DNA of 64,000 nucleotides from Smithella sp. (GTDB lineage Bacteria; Desulfobacterota; Syntrophia; Syntrophales; Smithellaceae): NCBI GenBank assembly GCA_035350895.1, contig DAOPVC010000004.1, positions 1,223 to 65,222 of the forward strand, read 5' to 3'. Shown piece by piece: positions 55,565 to 64,000 of this stretch (position 1 is its first letter; each line of letters starts with the position of its first letter). The notes under the pieces were generated by a model. It saw only the letters and a program-made list of their open reading frames with translations, ran no database searches and was not told where the DNA came from. The position numbers and the translations under genes were made by a program.

Positions 55565-57682
55565 CTATTTTACTTCCGCGCCCAGCGCTTCCTTGCGGCT
55601 GAGACGAATCTTACCGGATTTGTCAATCTCCAGCACCTTCACCACAACCTCGTCGCCTTCCTGCAACACATCGGTGACCTTGGCGATTCGTTCCTTGGCA
55701 ATCTGCGAGATATGGAGCAATCCTTCCGTTCCGGGAAGAATTTCCACAAACGCGCCGAAATCAACAATCTTTTTGACTGTTCCGCGGTAAATCTTTCCGA
55801 CTTCCGCTTCTTCCGTCAGCCATCTGACCATGCTCACGGCGCGCGCTGCTGCTTCGGCATCGGCGGAAGCGATGGTCACGGTGCCGTCATCCTCCACATC
55901 AATGGTAACGCCCGTTTCACTGATAATCTGACGGATATTCTTTCCACCGGAACCGATCACATTGCGGACCTGATCCTCTTTCACCTTAACCGTTGTAATG
56001 CGCGGAGCATACAAGGATATATCCGCTCTCGAAGCGGCCAGCGTCTCTCGAATCTTGCCGATGATGTGTATGCGTCCGTCTCTTGCCTGCGCCAGCGCTT
56101 TACGCAGGATATCTTCAGTCAGCCCGTCAATCTTGATATCCATCTGCATGGCGGTTACGCCTTTTTCCGTGCCGCAGACTTTGAAATCCATATCACCGGC
56201 ATGATCTTCATCTCCCAGAATATCGGACAGGATCACGACCTCACTTCCTTCTTTGAGAAGACCCATGGCGATACCGGCCACAATATCCTTCACCGGCACT
56301 CCGCCATCCATTAGACACAAAATGCCGCCGCAGACGGTGGCCATGGATGATGATCCATTGGAAGATAAAATTTCCGAGACAATCCGGATGGTGTACGGAA
56401 ACTCTTCCGGAGTGGGCAACACGGGAACCAGAGCCTTGCGGGCCAGAGCGCCGTGGCCGATTTCTCTCCGGCCGGGACTGCGCTGACCTTTTGCCTCACC
56501 CACACTGAAGGGGGGAAAATTGTAGTGCAGTAAAAACGTTCTGGTCTCCTCACCACTGACATAATCCATACGCTGTTCGTCAGCGGATGTGCCCAACGTG
56601 AGCGCGGCCAGGGCCTGCGTTTCACCCCGATTGAACAGCGCTGAACCGTGAGCGCGCGGCAGCACACCGACTTCCGAACTGATCGGACGGATGTCGGTAG
56701 ACGTTCGGCCGTCAATTCGCTTCTTCTCCTGAAGAATCATGTCACGGAGAATACGAGATTCAAGGTGCTCGATAATTGCCGCCACTTTCTTACAAAGGAC
56801 AGCATCTTCACCACCGATATTTTTTACAACAGCCGCACGGACATCGCCCAGTTTGCTGTAACGTTCCAATTTGCGCGGCATGGCATAACCTTCCTTCAAG
56901 CCGGGCAGCGCCTCTTCGCGCACGCGAGCGACAAGCTCTTCATCCGGCACCGTTTCCTCAACCGGTCTCTTGGCTTTGCCGATGGCCGCCTGAATCTGAT
57001 CCTGCAAATCGATCACCGGACGGATGGATTCCAGCCCGAATTTAATCGCATCGACAATGATCTCTTCTGGAACTTCTTTGGCTTCGCCTTCCATCATGAC
57101 CAGTTCCACGTCATACGGTCTGCCGGAAGTTCCCGCCACTTTGCGTCCGACCAGAAAGAGGCTCATTTCACTTTCCTTCATTTTTTCCGGACAGGCATTG
57201 GCGACAAATGCGCCGTCGATCCGGCCAACCCGCACACCGGCAATCGGTCCCTTGAAGGGGATATCCGATATTCCCAGAGCGGCGGACGCGCCGATCATGG
57301 ACGCCACATCCGGGTCATTTTCCTTATCCACGGATAAAAGCGTGGCGATCAATTGTGTTTCTGAAAAATACCCTTTGGGAAACAAAGGGCGAATCGCGCG
57401 ATCGATGATGCGCGACGTCAGGATTTCCCGCTCATTGGGACGCCCTTCTCTTTTGAAAAATCCGCCGGGAATTTTCCCCGCTGCAAAAGTCATTTCCTGA
57501 TAATCAACGGTCAACGGCAGAAAGTCCACGCCTTCCCGCGTGGTTTTCAACGAAACCGCCGTCACCAGAACAACCGTGTCGCCGTAATAAACCAGAATGG
57601 CCCCATCGGCCTGCGCGGCAACATAATTCGCTTTCAGGGATATGTTCCGCCCGGCGAAATCCGCACTGAATACATTACTCAT
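55565..57682 (-). CDS. pnp: Polyribonucleotide nucleotidyltransferase (PNPase)
   Basis: 705 aa with two RNase PH domains, a KH domain and an S1 domain (GKIYRGTVKKIVDFGAFVEI). Confidence 0.97.
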   Translation of the reverse strand: MSNVFSADFAGRNISLKANYVAAQADGAILVYYGDTVVLVTAVSLKTTREGVDFLPLTVDYQEMTFAAGKIPGGFFKREGRPNEREILTSRIIDRAIRPLFPKGYFSETQLIATLLSVDKENDPDVASMIGASAALGISDIPFKGPIAGVRVGRIDGAFVANACPEKMKESEMSLFLVGRKVAGTSGRPYDVELVMMEGEAKEVPEEIIVDAIKFGLESIRPVIDLQDQIQAAIGKAKRPVEETVPDEELVARVREEALPGLKEGYAMPRKLERYSKLGDVRAAVVKNIGGEDAVLCKKVAAIIEHLESRILRDMILQEKKRIDGRTSTDIRPISSEVGVLPRAHGSALFNRGETQALAALTLGTSADEQRMDYVSGEETRTFLLHYNFPPFSVGEAKGQRSPGRREIGHGALARKALVPVLPTPEEFPYTIRIVSEILSSNGSSSMATVCGGILCLMDGGVPVKDIVAGIAMGLLKEGSEVVILSDILGDEDHAGDMDFKVCGTEKGVTAMQMDIKIDGLTEDILRKALAQARDGRIHIIGKIRETLAASRADISLYAPRITTVKVKEDQVRNVIGSGGKNIRQIISETGVTIDVEDDGTVTIASADAEAAARAVSMVRWLTEEAEVGKIYRGTVKKIVDFGAFVEILPGTEGLLHISQIAKERIAKVTDVLQEGDEVVVKVLEIDKSGKIRLSRKEALGAEVK

Positions 57683-57726
57683 TAAATTTCCTCCATTAAT
57701 TGTTTGTGAGTGCTGGTCCTTTCAAA

Positions 57727-57810
57727 TTCAAGGGCGAAACGCATAAGCCAACAACCATCCAACGATTGATTCGCTTACGGTCAGGTTACCTTATGCCTTC
57801 CGCCCTTGAA
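57727..57810 (-). promoter_or_regulatory. Long irregular hairpin in the rpsO-pnp spacer (candidate RNase III-type processing/autoregulatory leader)
   Basis: TTCAAGGGCG...GCATAAG (57727-57747) pairs with CTTATGC...CGCCCTTGAA (57790-57810). This is about 19 of 21 positions paired, with a 42-nt loop. Confidence 0.45.
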
Positions 57811-57818
57811 TAATTCTT

Positions 57819-58085
57819 TTACTTTCTCAGATTCAGACGTTTGATAACGCTTCTGTATCTTTCGATATCATTCTCTTTGATGTAATTGAGAAGCCTTCTT
57901 CTCTGGCCGACCAGCTTTAGCAAACCACGGCGAGAATGATGATCTTTCTTGTGCGCCTTGAAATGCTCCGTCAAATACTCTATTCTGGCGCTCAAAAGAG
58001 CGATCTGGACTTCGGGAGACCCCGTATCCTTTTCATGCAGCCGATAGTCATTAATTACTGTCTTCCTTTTTTCCGAACTTAACAC
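57819..58085 (-). CDS. rpsO: 30S ribosomal protein S15
   Basis: 88 aa with [13 protein letters not shown]...[14 protein letters not shown]-like motifs. Confidence 0.95.
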   Translation of the reverse strand: MLSSEKRKTVINDYRLHEKDTGSPEVQIALLSARIEYLTEHFKAHKKDHHSRRGLLKLVGQRRRLLNYIKENDIERYRSVIKRLNLRK

Positions 58086-58144
58086 GCTATTTCCTCCTTT
58101 TACAATTTTGAAATATTTTAATGTTTGATCTTAATTTTTCTCAT

Positions 58145-59080
58145 TCACTGATAATTAAACACCCTGATAATTCTGGCGGCCTGCATTTTTCCGTCGAATT
58201 CAGAAAAATTATTGACCGGCGCCAGCATTTCCGCAACAGCCAGAAGGCTTCCGCCGCTGATGAATTTTACCATATCTCCCGCTTTAAGCAAGGGAAGATC
58301 ATATTCTTTGAGCATAGCGACCGAAGGCTGCCAGCCGTTGCGCAGTTTGGCCGCGCAATTATCTCTTAATTCGATCGTCGCCAAAAGCGGCAGCAGTTCT
58401 GTCATCGGCAATATCTTTTTGATCAGCTCCCCTTTTTGGTCGGCAGACTTATAATCATTTAAAATAACAGCCATATTTTCCGAAAAAATTCCGCTTTGCA
58501 GACGGCGCAAACCGCTCAAACAAGCTCCGGTCCCCAGCGCGTCACCGATATCCGAACAAAGCGTTCTGATGTACGTGCCTTTGGAGCAGGCCACCCGAAA
58601 GGTGACCCGGGGCAGGGAAACTTTTTCAATAGCCATGCTGTGAATAACCACCTCCCGCGGTTTTAAATCCGGGAAGATCCCTTTTCTGGCCCATTTGTAC
58701 AAAGGCGTGCCACAGTGCTTGATCGCGGAAAAAGCCGGCGGAATCTGCTTGATTTTCCCGATCATTCGCAGCATCACCGATTTTATTGCTTCCTCAGACG
58801 CCTGACGATCCGATTGGCTGATAATGTTACCCTCCGTGTCCATCGTATCCGTTTTAACCCCCAGCAACATCGTGGCCAGATATTCCTTATCGTCACCGGC
58901 CAGGAAACCGGCCAGTTTTGTGGCTTCATTCAGGCAAACCGGCAGCACCCCGGTCGCCAGAGGGTCAAGCGTTCCCGTGTGACCGGCTTTTTTTATGCCC
59001 AGTGTTTTTCTGACTTCACTGACAACGTCGTGCGATGTTTTGCCCGCCGGTTTATCAATGACGATCACGCCGTTCATCAT
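58145..59080 (-). CDS. truB: tRNA pseudouridine-55 synthase
   Basis: It has the GVIVIDKPAGKTSHD and catalytic GHTGTLDPLATG motifs. The start is placed at the internal MMNG (59080). Confidence 0.9.
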   Translation of the reverse strand: MMNGVIVIDKPAGKTSHDVVSEVRKTLGIKKAGHTGTLDPLATGVLPVCLNEATKLAGFLAGDDKEYLATMLLGVKTDTMDTEGNIISQSDRQASEEAIKSVMLRMIGKIKQIPPAFSAIKHCGTPLYKWARKGIFPDLKPREVVIHSMAIEKVSLPRVTFRVACSKGTYIRTLCSDIGDALGTGACLSGLRRLQSGIFSENMAVILNDYKSADQKGELIKKILPMTELLPLLATIELRDNCAAKLRNGWQPSVAMLKEYDLPLLKAGDMVKFISGGSLLAVAEMLAPVNNFSEFDGKMQAARIIRVFNYQ

Positions 59081-59084
59081 AAAA

Positions 59085-60035
59085 TTACAATTCCCTGACC
59101 GCCTGAATAATTTGCGATTTGATCGTTTCAATATCACCTTCCATCCAGCAGGAAGCGGCATGAATGTGACCGCCGCCGCCGAATCTTCTGGCCACCTTTT
59201 CCACATTGATCTTGGCTTTGGAACGCAAACTCAGTTTGAAATTATTGTCCCCTCTCTGAGTATAGAGAACGGATACTTCAATGCCTTTCACCGTGCGGGG
59301 AATATCAACAAATCCTTCCGTATGCTCCCAGGCGGCTCCCGTGTCCGTCAAATCCTTCTGCGTGACAACCATGGAACCCACCCTGCTTTCCAGATCAAGA
59401 GACAGTGTCGCAAGGGCTCTGGCCATCAGTTTCAGTCTGGCCGGGGAGTCGCTCTCATAAATATTTTCCGCGATACGCTGAGGGCTGGCGCCTTCTCCCA
59501 CCAGAGTGCCCGCGGCCAGAAATGTCTCTTTGGTCGTGCTCGAATAACGGAAACTGCCGGTATCCGTGATAATCGCCGCATATAGATTGGTGCAGATATC
59601 CTTGGACATCTTCACGCCCATTTCCCGCATCAGGCGGAACACCAGTTCACCGGTGGAACTGGCCTTGGCATCCAGCATTTTTAAAGAGCAAAAGCCGTTG
59701 TTCGACACGTGGTGGTCGATATTAACGAGCGTTTTAATTTTTCTGATGTTTTCCGCCTCGTCGCCGACGCGGCTCAAGTCACTGCAATCCAGGACGATGC
59801 AGGTATCGTACTGTTCAATATTCGTCAACGTATGCGATATATTATGCGCCGCGGGAAGAAACTGATAGCGTTCGGGCGTGTGGTCCCGGTTATAGACAAC
59901 CGCCTTTTTACCCATTCCTTTCAGCATCAGATACACAGCGAGTTCCGAACCGAGAGCATCTCCGTCCAGCCGCACGTGAGCGGTGATCAGAAAATTATTT
60001 CCCTCATCAATCGCTTTAATAATCTCTCTAATCAT
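59085..60035 (-). CDS. DHH-family phosphoesterase (NrnA-like oligoribonuclease / pAp phosphatase)
   Basis: It has the DGDALGS, NIDHHVSN and GGGGH motifs. The start is placed at MIREII (60035), overlapping the rbfA end. Confidence 0.8.
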   Translation of the reverse strand: MIREIIKAIDEGNNFLITAHVRLDGDALGSELAVYLMLKGMGKKAVVYNRDHTPERYQFLPAAHNISHTLTNIEQYDTCIVLDCSDLSRVGDEAENIRKIKTLVNIDHHVSNNGFCSLKMLDAKASSTGELVFRLMREMGVKMSKDICTNLYAAIITDTGSFRYSSTTKETFLAAGTLVGEGASPQRIAENIYESDSPARLKLMARALATLSLDLESRVGSMVVTQKDLTDTGAAWEHTEGFVDIPRTVKGIEVSVLYTQRGDNNFKLSLRSKAKINVEKVARRFGGGGHIHAASCWMEGDIETIKSQIIQAVREL

Positions 60036-60387
60036 TTTTATTTTCCTGTTCGGCGATCTGTGCCAGCAACTTTTCGATACGATTCCCGTAACCGAAAGAG
60101 GTGTCATGAATAAACATCAGCTCCGGCACAAAACGCAGTTGCAGGCGCTTTCCCAGTTCCCTTCTGATAAAACCGGCGGCCTGAGCCAGACCCGCTTTGA
60201 TTTCGGCAGAACAGTCATCCTTGCCCATTTCTACGAAATAAATCTTGGCATTACGCAAGTCGTCGGTCACTTTTACCGAGGTGATCGTAACCGAATGCAA
60301 ACGCGGATCCTTGACTTCTTTGCTGATAATTTCGGACATATCCGCCCGGATCAACTCGGCAACTCTGTCCGCTCTTTTAAAACTCAT
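60028..60387 (-). CDS. rbfA: Ribosome-binding factor A
   Basis: The N-terminus is MSFKRADRVAELIRADMSEII..DPRL..VTITSVKVTDDLR. The start is placed at the internal Met (60387). Confidence 0.9.
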   Translation of the reverse strand: MSFKRADRVAELIRADMSEIISKEVKDPRLHSVTITSVKVTDDLRNAKIYFVEMGKDDCSAEIKAGLAQAAGFIRRELGKRLQLRFVPELMFIHDTSFGYGNRIEKLLAQIAEQENKND

Positions 60388-60715
60388 CGTATTTCTTTGT
60401 ATCCCAATCCGTCGCCTCCAAAAAACTGGAGACAACCATAATTTCTGTTTTGCTGTCCAGGATTTCGGCAACCCGGAGGTTATCAATAAATCTCAGCAGA
60501 TGGTCGATCTTGCCGTTTATGTAACGGGAATCATTGCCGACAACCGCAAAAGAAATCTCCGCCCGCTTGTAATTATCAAGATGGCCTGTTTCCGCGATGG
60601 AAACATTAAATTCATTTTGCGCGCGCTTTAAAATTCGGTTCAAAACGCTTCGTTTGCTTTTTAAAGAGCCGCTTTCCGGGATTCTGAGATTGATGATTCC
60701 GTATCCGACCACCAT
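60377..60715 (-). CDS. DUF503 (YlxP-like) protein
   Basis: 112 aa with ..IPESGSLKSKRSVLNRILKR... It occupies the conserved position between infB and rbfA. Confidence 0.8.
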   Translation of the reverse strand: MVVGYGIINLRIPESGSLKSKRSVLNRILKRAQNEFNVSIAETGHLDNYKRAEISFAVVGNDSRYINGKIDHLLRFIDNLRVAEILDSKTEIMVVSSFLEATDWDTKKYDEF

Positions 60716-60803
60716 AATGATTCCCCGAAAAACTCATTCATCCGGAAAGTCCGTCACGGTTCCTACGGCCTCCCGTTGTGAGATCCTCATGTCTGCTCAC
60801 TAT

Positions 60804-63473
60804 TTATTCCAATTTCTTCTCCAGCGTTTCTATGGTGTACGCCTCGATAACATCGCCCGAATGAATATCATTAAATCCCTCGATGCCGATACCGCATTCG
60901 AAACCGGACAGCACTTCCCGCGCGTCGTCCTTAAACCGTTTCAGCGATAAAATTTTGCCGTCAAACACCACAACGCTGTCACGGACAAGCTTGAGATTGC
61001 TGGTGCGCATGATCTTGCCGTCCGTCACCATGCAACCGGCGATCGTCCCGACCTTGGGCACTTTAAAGAGTTCCCGCACCTCGGCTCTGCCCTGCACCAC
61101 TTCCTTGTATTCGGGCTCCAGCAGACCTTCCATTGCCGCCCGCACATCCGCAATCACATTGTAAATAATATCGTAAAGTTTAATTTCCACACCTTCCCGC
61201 TGGGCGACTTCCACGACTCGCGCATCCGGCCGCACGTTGAATCCGATAATAATCGCCTGCGACGCGGACGCCAGCAAAACATCCGTTTCGCTGATGGCGC
61301 CGGTGGAGCTGTGGATAATTCTCAATTTGATGTCATCGGTGGAAAGCTTGTTCAAGGCATCGGAAATCGCCTCAATCGAACCCTGCACATCGGCTTTGAT
61401 GATAACATTGCATTCCTTCACGCCTTCCTTCATCCGTTGATAAAGTTGTTCGAGCGTCACCTTGGACAGAGATGAAAGTTCTTTTTCCCGGGCTTTTCTG
61501 GTCCAGTAATCAGCGATATTGCGCGCCTTCTTTTCATCCTCGACGCCGAAAAATTCCGCGCCGGTTTGCGGCACACTGGAAAACCCGATGACTTCCACCG
61601 GCATGGACGGACCGGCTTCTTTGATACGACGTCCCTGATCATTGATCAACGCGCGCACGCGGCCGAATTCCGTTTTGGAAATAAAGGAATCGCCTTCTTT
61701 CAGTGTGCCTTCCTGAATCAGGACCGTCGCCACCGGGCCGCGTCCTCTGTCCAGCTTCGCTTCAATAATAATTCCACGCACGGGACGATCGGGGTCGGCT
61801 TTCAGCTCCATCACATCGGCCTGCAATAAGATCATCTCCAGCAGTTCTTCAATGTTGATTTTCTTTTTGGCGGATACTTCACAGAAAATCGTATCGCCGC
61901 CCCACTGCTCGGACAACAGACCGTGTTCGGTCAGGGATTGTTTAATTTTTTCCGGATCGGCGCCCGGTTTATCAATTTTGTTAATCGCCACGATAATCGG
62001 GACACCGGCTACCTTGGCGTGATTGATCGCTTCAATGGTTTGATTCATGACGCCGTCGTCCGCGGCCACAATCAAAACGACAATATCGGTCACCTGCGCC
62101 CCGCGCGCCCGCATGGCTGTAAACGCCTCATGGCCCGGGGTATCCAAGAAGACAATGTCCCGGCCGTTGATGTGTACATGATAGGCGCCGATGGCCTGCG
62201 TAATGCCTCCCGTTTCACCGTCGGTAACGTTGGTCTGCCTGATCGCATCCAGAAGTGATGTTTTACCGTGGTCGACGTGTCCCATGATGGTGACAACCGG
62301 CGCACGCGGCTTGAGATTCTCCGGCGTGGAAGGAGCTTTCAATAAGGATTCGTCAAATTCCACGTCCGCTGATTCCACCTGGAAACTGAATTCACCGGCT
62401 ACCAGAGTGGCCGTATCGAAATCAATGGCCTGATTAATGGTCGCCATCACGCCCATCGATATCAATTTATTGATGATTTCACTGACCTTGATTCCCATCC
62501 GTTTAGCCAGTTCGCCTACGGTGATGGATTCTCCAATCTTAATGCGTCTTTTAATCGCTTTAGGAACGGTGATTTCCGTTTTCTTCATTTTGACCGGAGC
62601 GGCTTTCTTGCCCTCCCGCCATTTGGTAAAAATCACTTCCTGATCGTCGTCCTGGCGTTTGAGCCTCTTTTCGATCTTTTTCTCTAAAATCTTTTTCGTC
62701 GGTATTTTCTTTTCTTCTTCGATCAAAACTTCGACCGGAACTTTGCCTTTTCTTTTGGGCTTTTCCGCAGGCGGAGTGGATATTCTCTCCCCGGGTTTCA
62801 GAGGAACCTTGGGCGCTGCGGGCCTGCCGCCGGATTCCGGCCTGATAATTTTATGCTTGGTAATGATGGTCGGCTTTACAGAAACGGCCGGCTTTTTCCC
62901 CGGAGCCGGGGCAGCGGCAGGAGCCTCTTTTGCTTCCGGTTTCTGAGCTTTCTCATCGGCGGGCGCTTGTGCTTCGACCGGCTGTGCGGCGGACGCAGCT
63001 TTTTCTTCAGCCTGTGCCGATATTTCCTTTGATGCGGGTGTTTCCGCAACCGCCTGCTCCACCGGAGCGGCTGCCTCCGTTTTCGGTGCTTTTTCCGCCG
63101 CCGGTTCAAGCGGAGCTTCCGCCGGTTTTTCCTTTTTGACCTTTTCAGCTTTTACAGCGGTAGTTTTGAGCGGCGCCTCGCCGGCCGCTTCTTTTTCCGG
63201 AGGCTTTGCTTCCTCGGCAGGAATTTCTTCCGGAGGTTTCTCCACGGCGGTAACGACCGTGCGGCGCCTGATGACCGTGGTTTTTATTCTCTGCTCCACA
63301 ACTTCGCGAAGTTCTCCGGCGGTCAGCTCTTTTTTCGCTCTCTCCACATCTGCTTCATCCAGCGAAGAGGAAGCCGACTTAACCGAAATGCCGATTTTCT
63401 CCAAACGAGCGATCAGAACCTTGCTCTCCAATCCAAGCTCTTTGGCCAATTCATGAACCCGCTTTTTTGGCAT
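60804..63473 (-). CDS. infB: Translation initiation factor IF-2
   Basis: It has G-domain motifs [20 protein letters not shown] and NKID, and a low-complexity Ala/Glu/Lys/Pro N-terminal region. The start is placed at ATG 63473 ([14 protein letters not shown]). Confidence 0.95.
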   Translation of the reverse strand: MPKKRVHELAKELGLESKVLIARLEKIGISVKSASSSLDEADVERAKKELTAGELREVVEQRIKTTVIRRRTVVTAVEKPPEEIPAEEAKPPEKEAAGEAPLKTTAVKAEKVKKEKPAEAPLEPAAEKAPKTEAAAPVEQAVAETPASKEISAQAEEKAASAAQPVEAQAPADEKAQKPEAKEAPAAAPAPGKKPAVSVKPTIITKHKIIRPESGGRPAAPKVPLKPGERISTPPAEKPKRKGKVPVEVLIEEEKKIPTKKILEKKIEKRLKRQDDDQEVIFTKWREGKKAAPVKMKKTEITVPKAIKRRIKIGESITVGELAKRMGIKVSEIINKLISMGVMATINQAIDFDTATLVAGEFSFQVESADVEFDESLLKAPSTPENLKPRAPVVTIMGHVDHGKTSLLDAIRQTNVTDGETGGITQAIGAYHVHINGRDIVFLDTPGHEAFTAMRARGAQVTDIVVLIVAADDGVMNQTIEAINHAKVAGVPIIVAINKIDKPGADPEKIKQSLTEHGLLSEQWGGDTIFCEVSAKKKINIEELLEMILLQADVMELKADPDRPVRGIIIEAKLDRGRGPVATVLIQEGTLKEGDSFISKTEFGRVRALINDQGRRIKEAGPSMPVEVIGFSSVPQTGAEFFGVEDEKKARNIADYWTRKAREKELSSLSKVTLEQLYQRMKEGVKECNVIIKADVQGSIEAISDALNKLSTDDIKLRIIHSSTGAISETDVLLASASQAIIIGFNVRPDARVVEVAQREGVEIKLYDIIYNVIADVRAAMEGLLEPEYKEVVQGRAEVRELFKVPKVGTIAGCMVTDGKIMRTSNLKLVRDSVVVFDGKILSLKRFKDDAREVLSGFECGIGIEGFNDIHSGDVIEAYTIETLEKKLE

Positions 63474-63499
63474 GCGCAAAAATCTCCATGTAAAATTTC

Positions 63500-64000
63500 T
63501 TATTTTTCAGATGACGAATCACTCTTGTTGCCAGCGATTTCCTCGTTTAAAATCTTACCAGCCGTTTCTACCCACTGCTGGGCTGTCTTTTCACCGATCC
63601 CGGGAATCTGAGACAACAGTTCCGGTTCCGTCGCGGCTACCATCGCAATACTCTTTATCCCTTTGCTGAAGAGCTTTTCCGCCATCGCCGGGCCGATGCC
63701 TGTAATCTTGGTCAGATCGTTTTGGCTGTTTTTACCTTCCTCTTGCTCCTGCGCCATTGTTTCGCTCTTCATGTCAATGTTCCAACCGGTCAGCTTCACC
63801 GCCAGACGGACATTCTGTCCGTTCTTGCCGATCGCCAGGGAAAGCTGATCATCGGGAACAATCACGGTCATGGTCCGGTTTTCTTCATCGATAAAAACCC
63901 GGTTAACCTTGGCGGGAGAAAGAGCGCTGCTGACGTACTTGGCCTGATCCTCGCTGTAAGGAATAATGTCAATTTTTTCGCCGCGCAGTTCCTGCACCAC
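63500..64000 (-). CDS. nusA: Transcription termination/antitermination factor NusA (C-terminal part; runs off the right edge)
   Basis: It has KH-domain sequence ([15 protein letters not shown]) and a helix-hairpin-helix region ([22 protein letters not shown]). The frame is open to the window end. Confidence 0.9.
   Translation of the reverse strand: MVQELRGEKIDIIPYSEDQAKYVSSALSPAKVNRVFIDEENRTMTVIVPDDQLSLAIGKNGQNVRLAVKLTGWNIDMKSETMAQEQEEGKNSQNDLTKITGIGPAMAEKLFSKGIKSIAMVAATEPELLSQIPGIGEKTAQQWVETAGKILNEEIAGNKSDSSSEK

Noticed and set aside
55320-55790. 156-aa plus-strand ORF spanning the pnp-dut spacer and the pnp 3' end
   Set aside because: It is composed of repeat-element sequence plus antisense pnp. 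It has no RBS and Ser/Leu-rich nonsense-like composition.
62659-63456. Several alternative-frame ORFs in the 5' third of infB (both strands)
   Set aside because: They are artefacts of the low-complexity Ala/Glu/Lys/Pro-coding region of IF-2. The IF-2 frame is continuous and carries all G-domain motifs downstream.

Overview
This is a 64-kb chromosomal window. It is mostly housekeeping operons, plus one small AT-rich accessory island. The gene content suggests an anaerobic Desulfobacterota (deltaproteobacterial-type) genome: DUF39 homocysteine synthesis, a split cobalamin methionine synthase, selC, and HD-GYP response regulators. This taxonomic guess is inference only.

Gene order, left to right:
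- A partial repeat lipoprotein.
- leuA-leuC-leuD-leuB, preceded by a strong sigma70 promoter, a Leu-rich leader ORF and an intrinsic terminator.
- A stand-alone MetH reactivation domain, a REC-PAS-HD-GYP regulator, the MetH core and a TonB-like gene.
- pyrE, a DUF3568 lipoprotein, an MFS transporter, rlmI-like, a mannose-1-P guanylyltransferase, maf and yggS.
- A second REC-HD-GYP regulator, then uvrA, two PPIases and mfd on the minus strand.
- moeA and tRNA-Sec (selC).
- An ~8.3-kb RHS/YD-repeat polymorphic-toxin island.
- A nitroreductase, a TPR protein, an XRE regulator, ftsB and pilMNOPQ plus a PilW-like TPR lipoprotein.
- pepP-like, gcvH, an LplA-family ligase, hisC, rpsU, a LOG-family protein and holA.
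- On the minus strand: DUF39, dut, pnp, rpsO, truB, nrnA-like, rbfA, DUF503, infB and a partial nusA.

Most notable observations:
1. An unannotated minus-strand gene (17137-17442) encodes a signal-peptide plus heavy-metal-associated (MerP-like) domain. Its CxxC motif reads C-S-A-UGA, and a SECIS-like hairpin places G23/U24 in the loop. It is a candidate selenoprotein.
2. The RHS island sits directly 3' of selC. It is closed by a degenerate copy of the tRNA 3' end.
3. The island holds a full-length Sec-signal RHS protein with a short two-helix hydrophobic C-terminal tip, followed by a polytopic membrane protein.
4. It also holds an orphan RHS cassette joined to the main gene by a 956-bp apparently perfect direct repeat. 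The orphan tip carries a phospholipase-A2 CCxxHDxCY signature and is followed by a 4-TM protein. A decayed third RHS fragment is also present.
5. A leucine leader-peptide attenuator lies upstream of leuA.
6. A mosaic hairpin repeat family (REP/BIME-like) occupies five intra-operon spacers. Its linkers and loops are conserved while its stems co-vary.
7. Six exactly 10-bp-phased AT-rich repeats plus a palindrome lie upstream of the XRE-ftsB-pil cluster.

No CRISPR array, rRNA gene, integrase, transposase or T6SS gene was seen.
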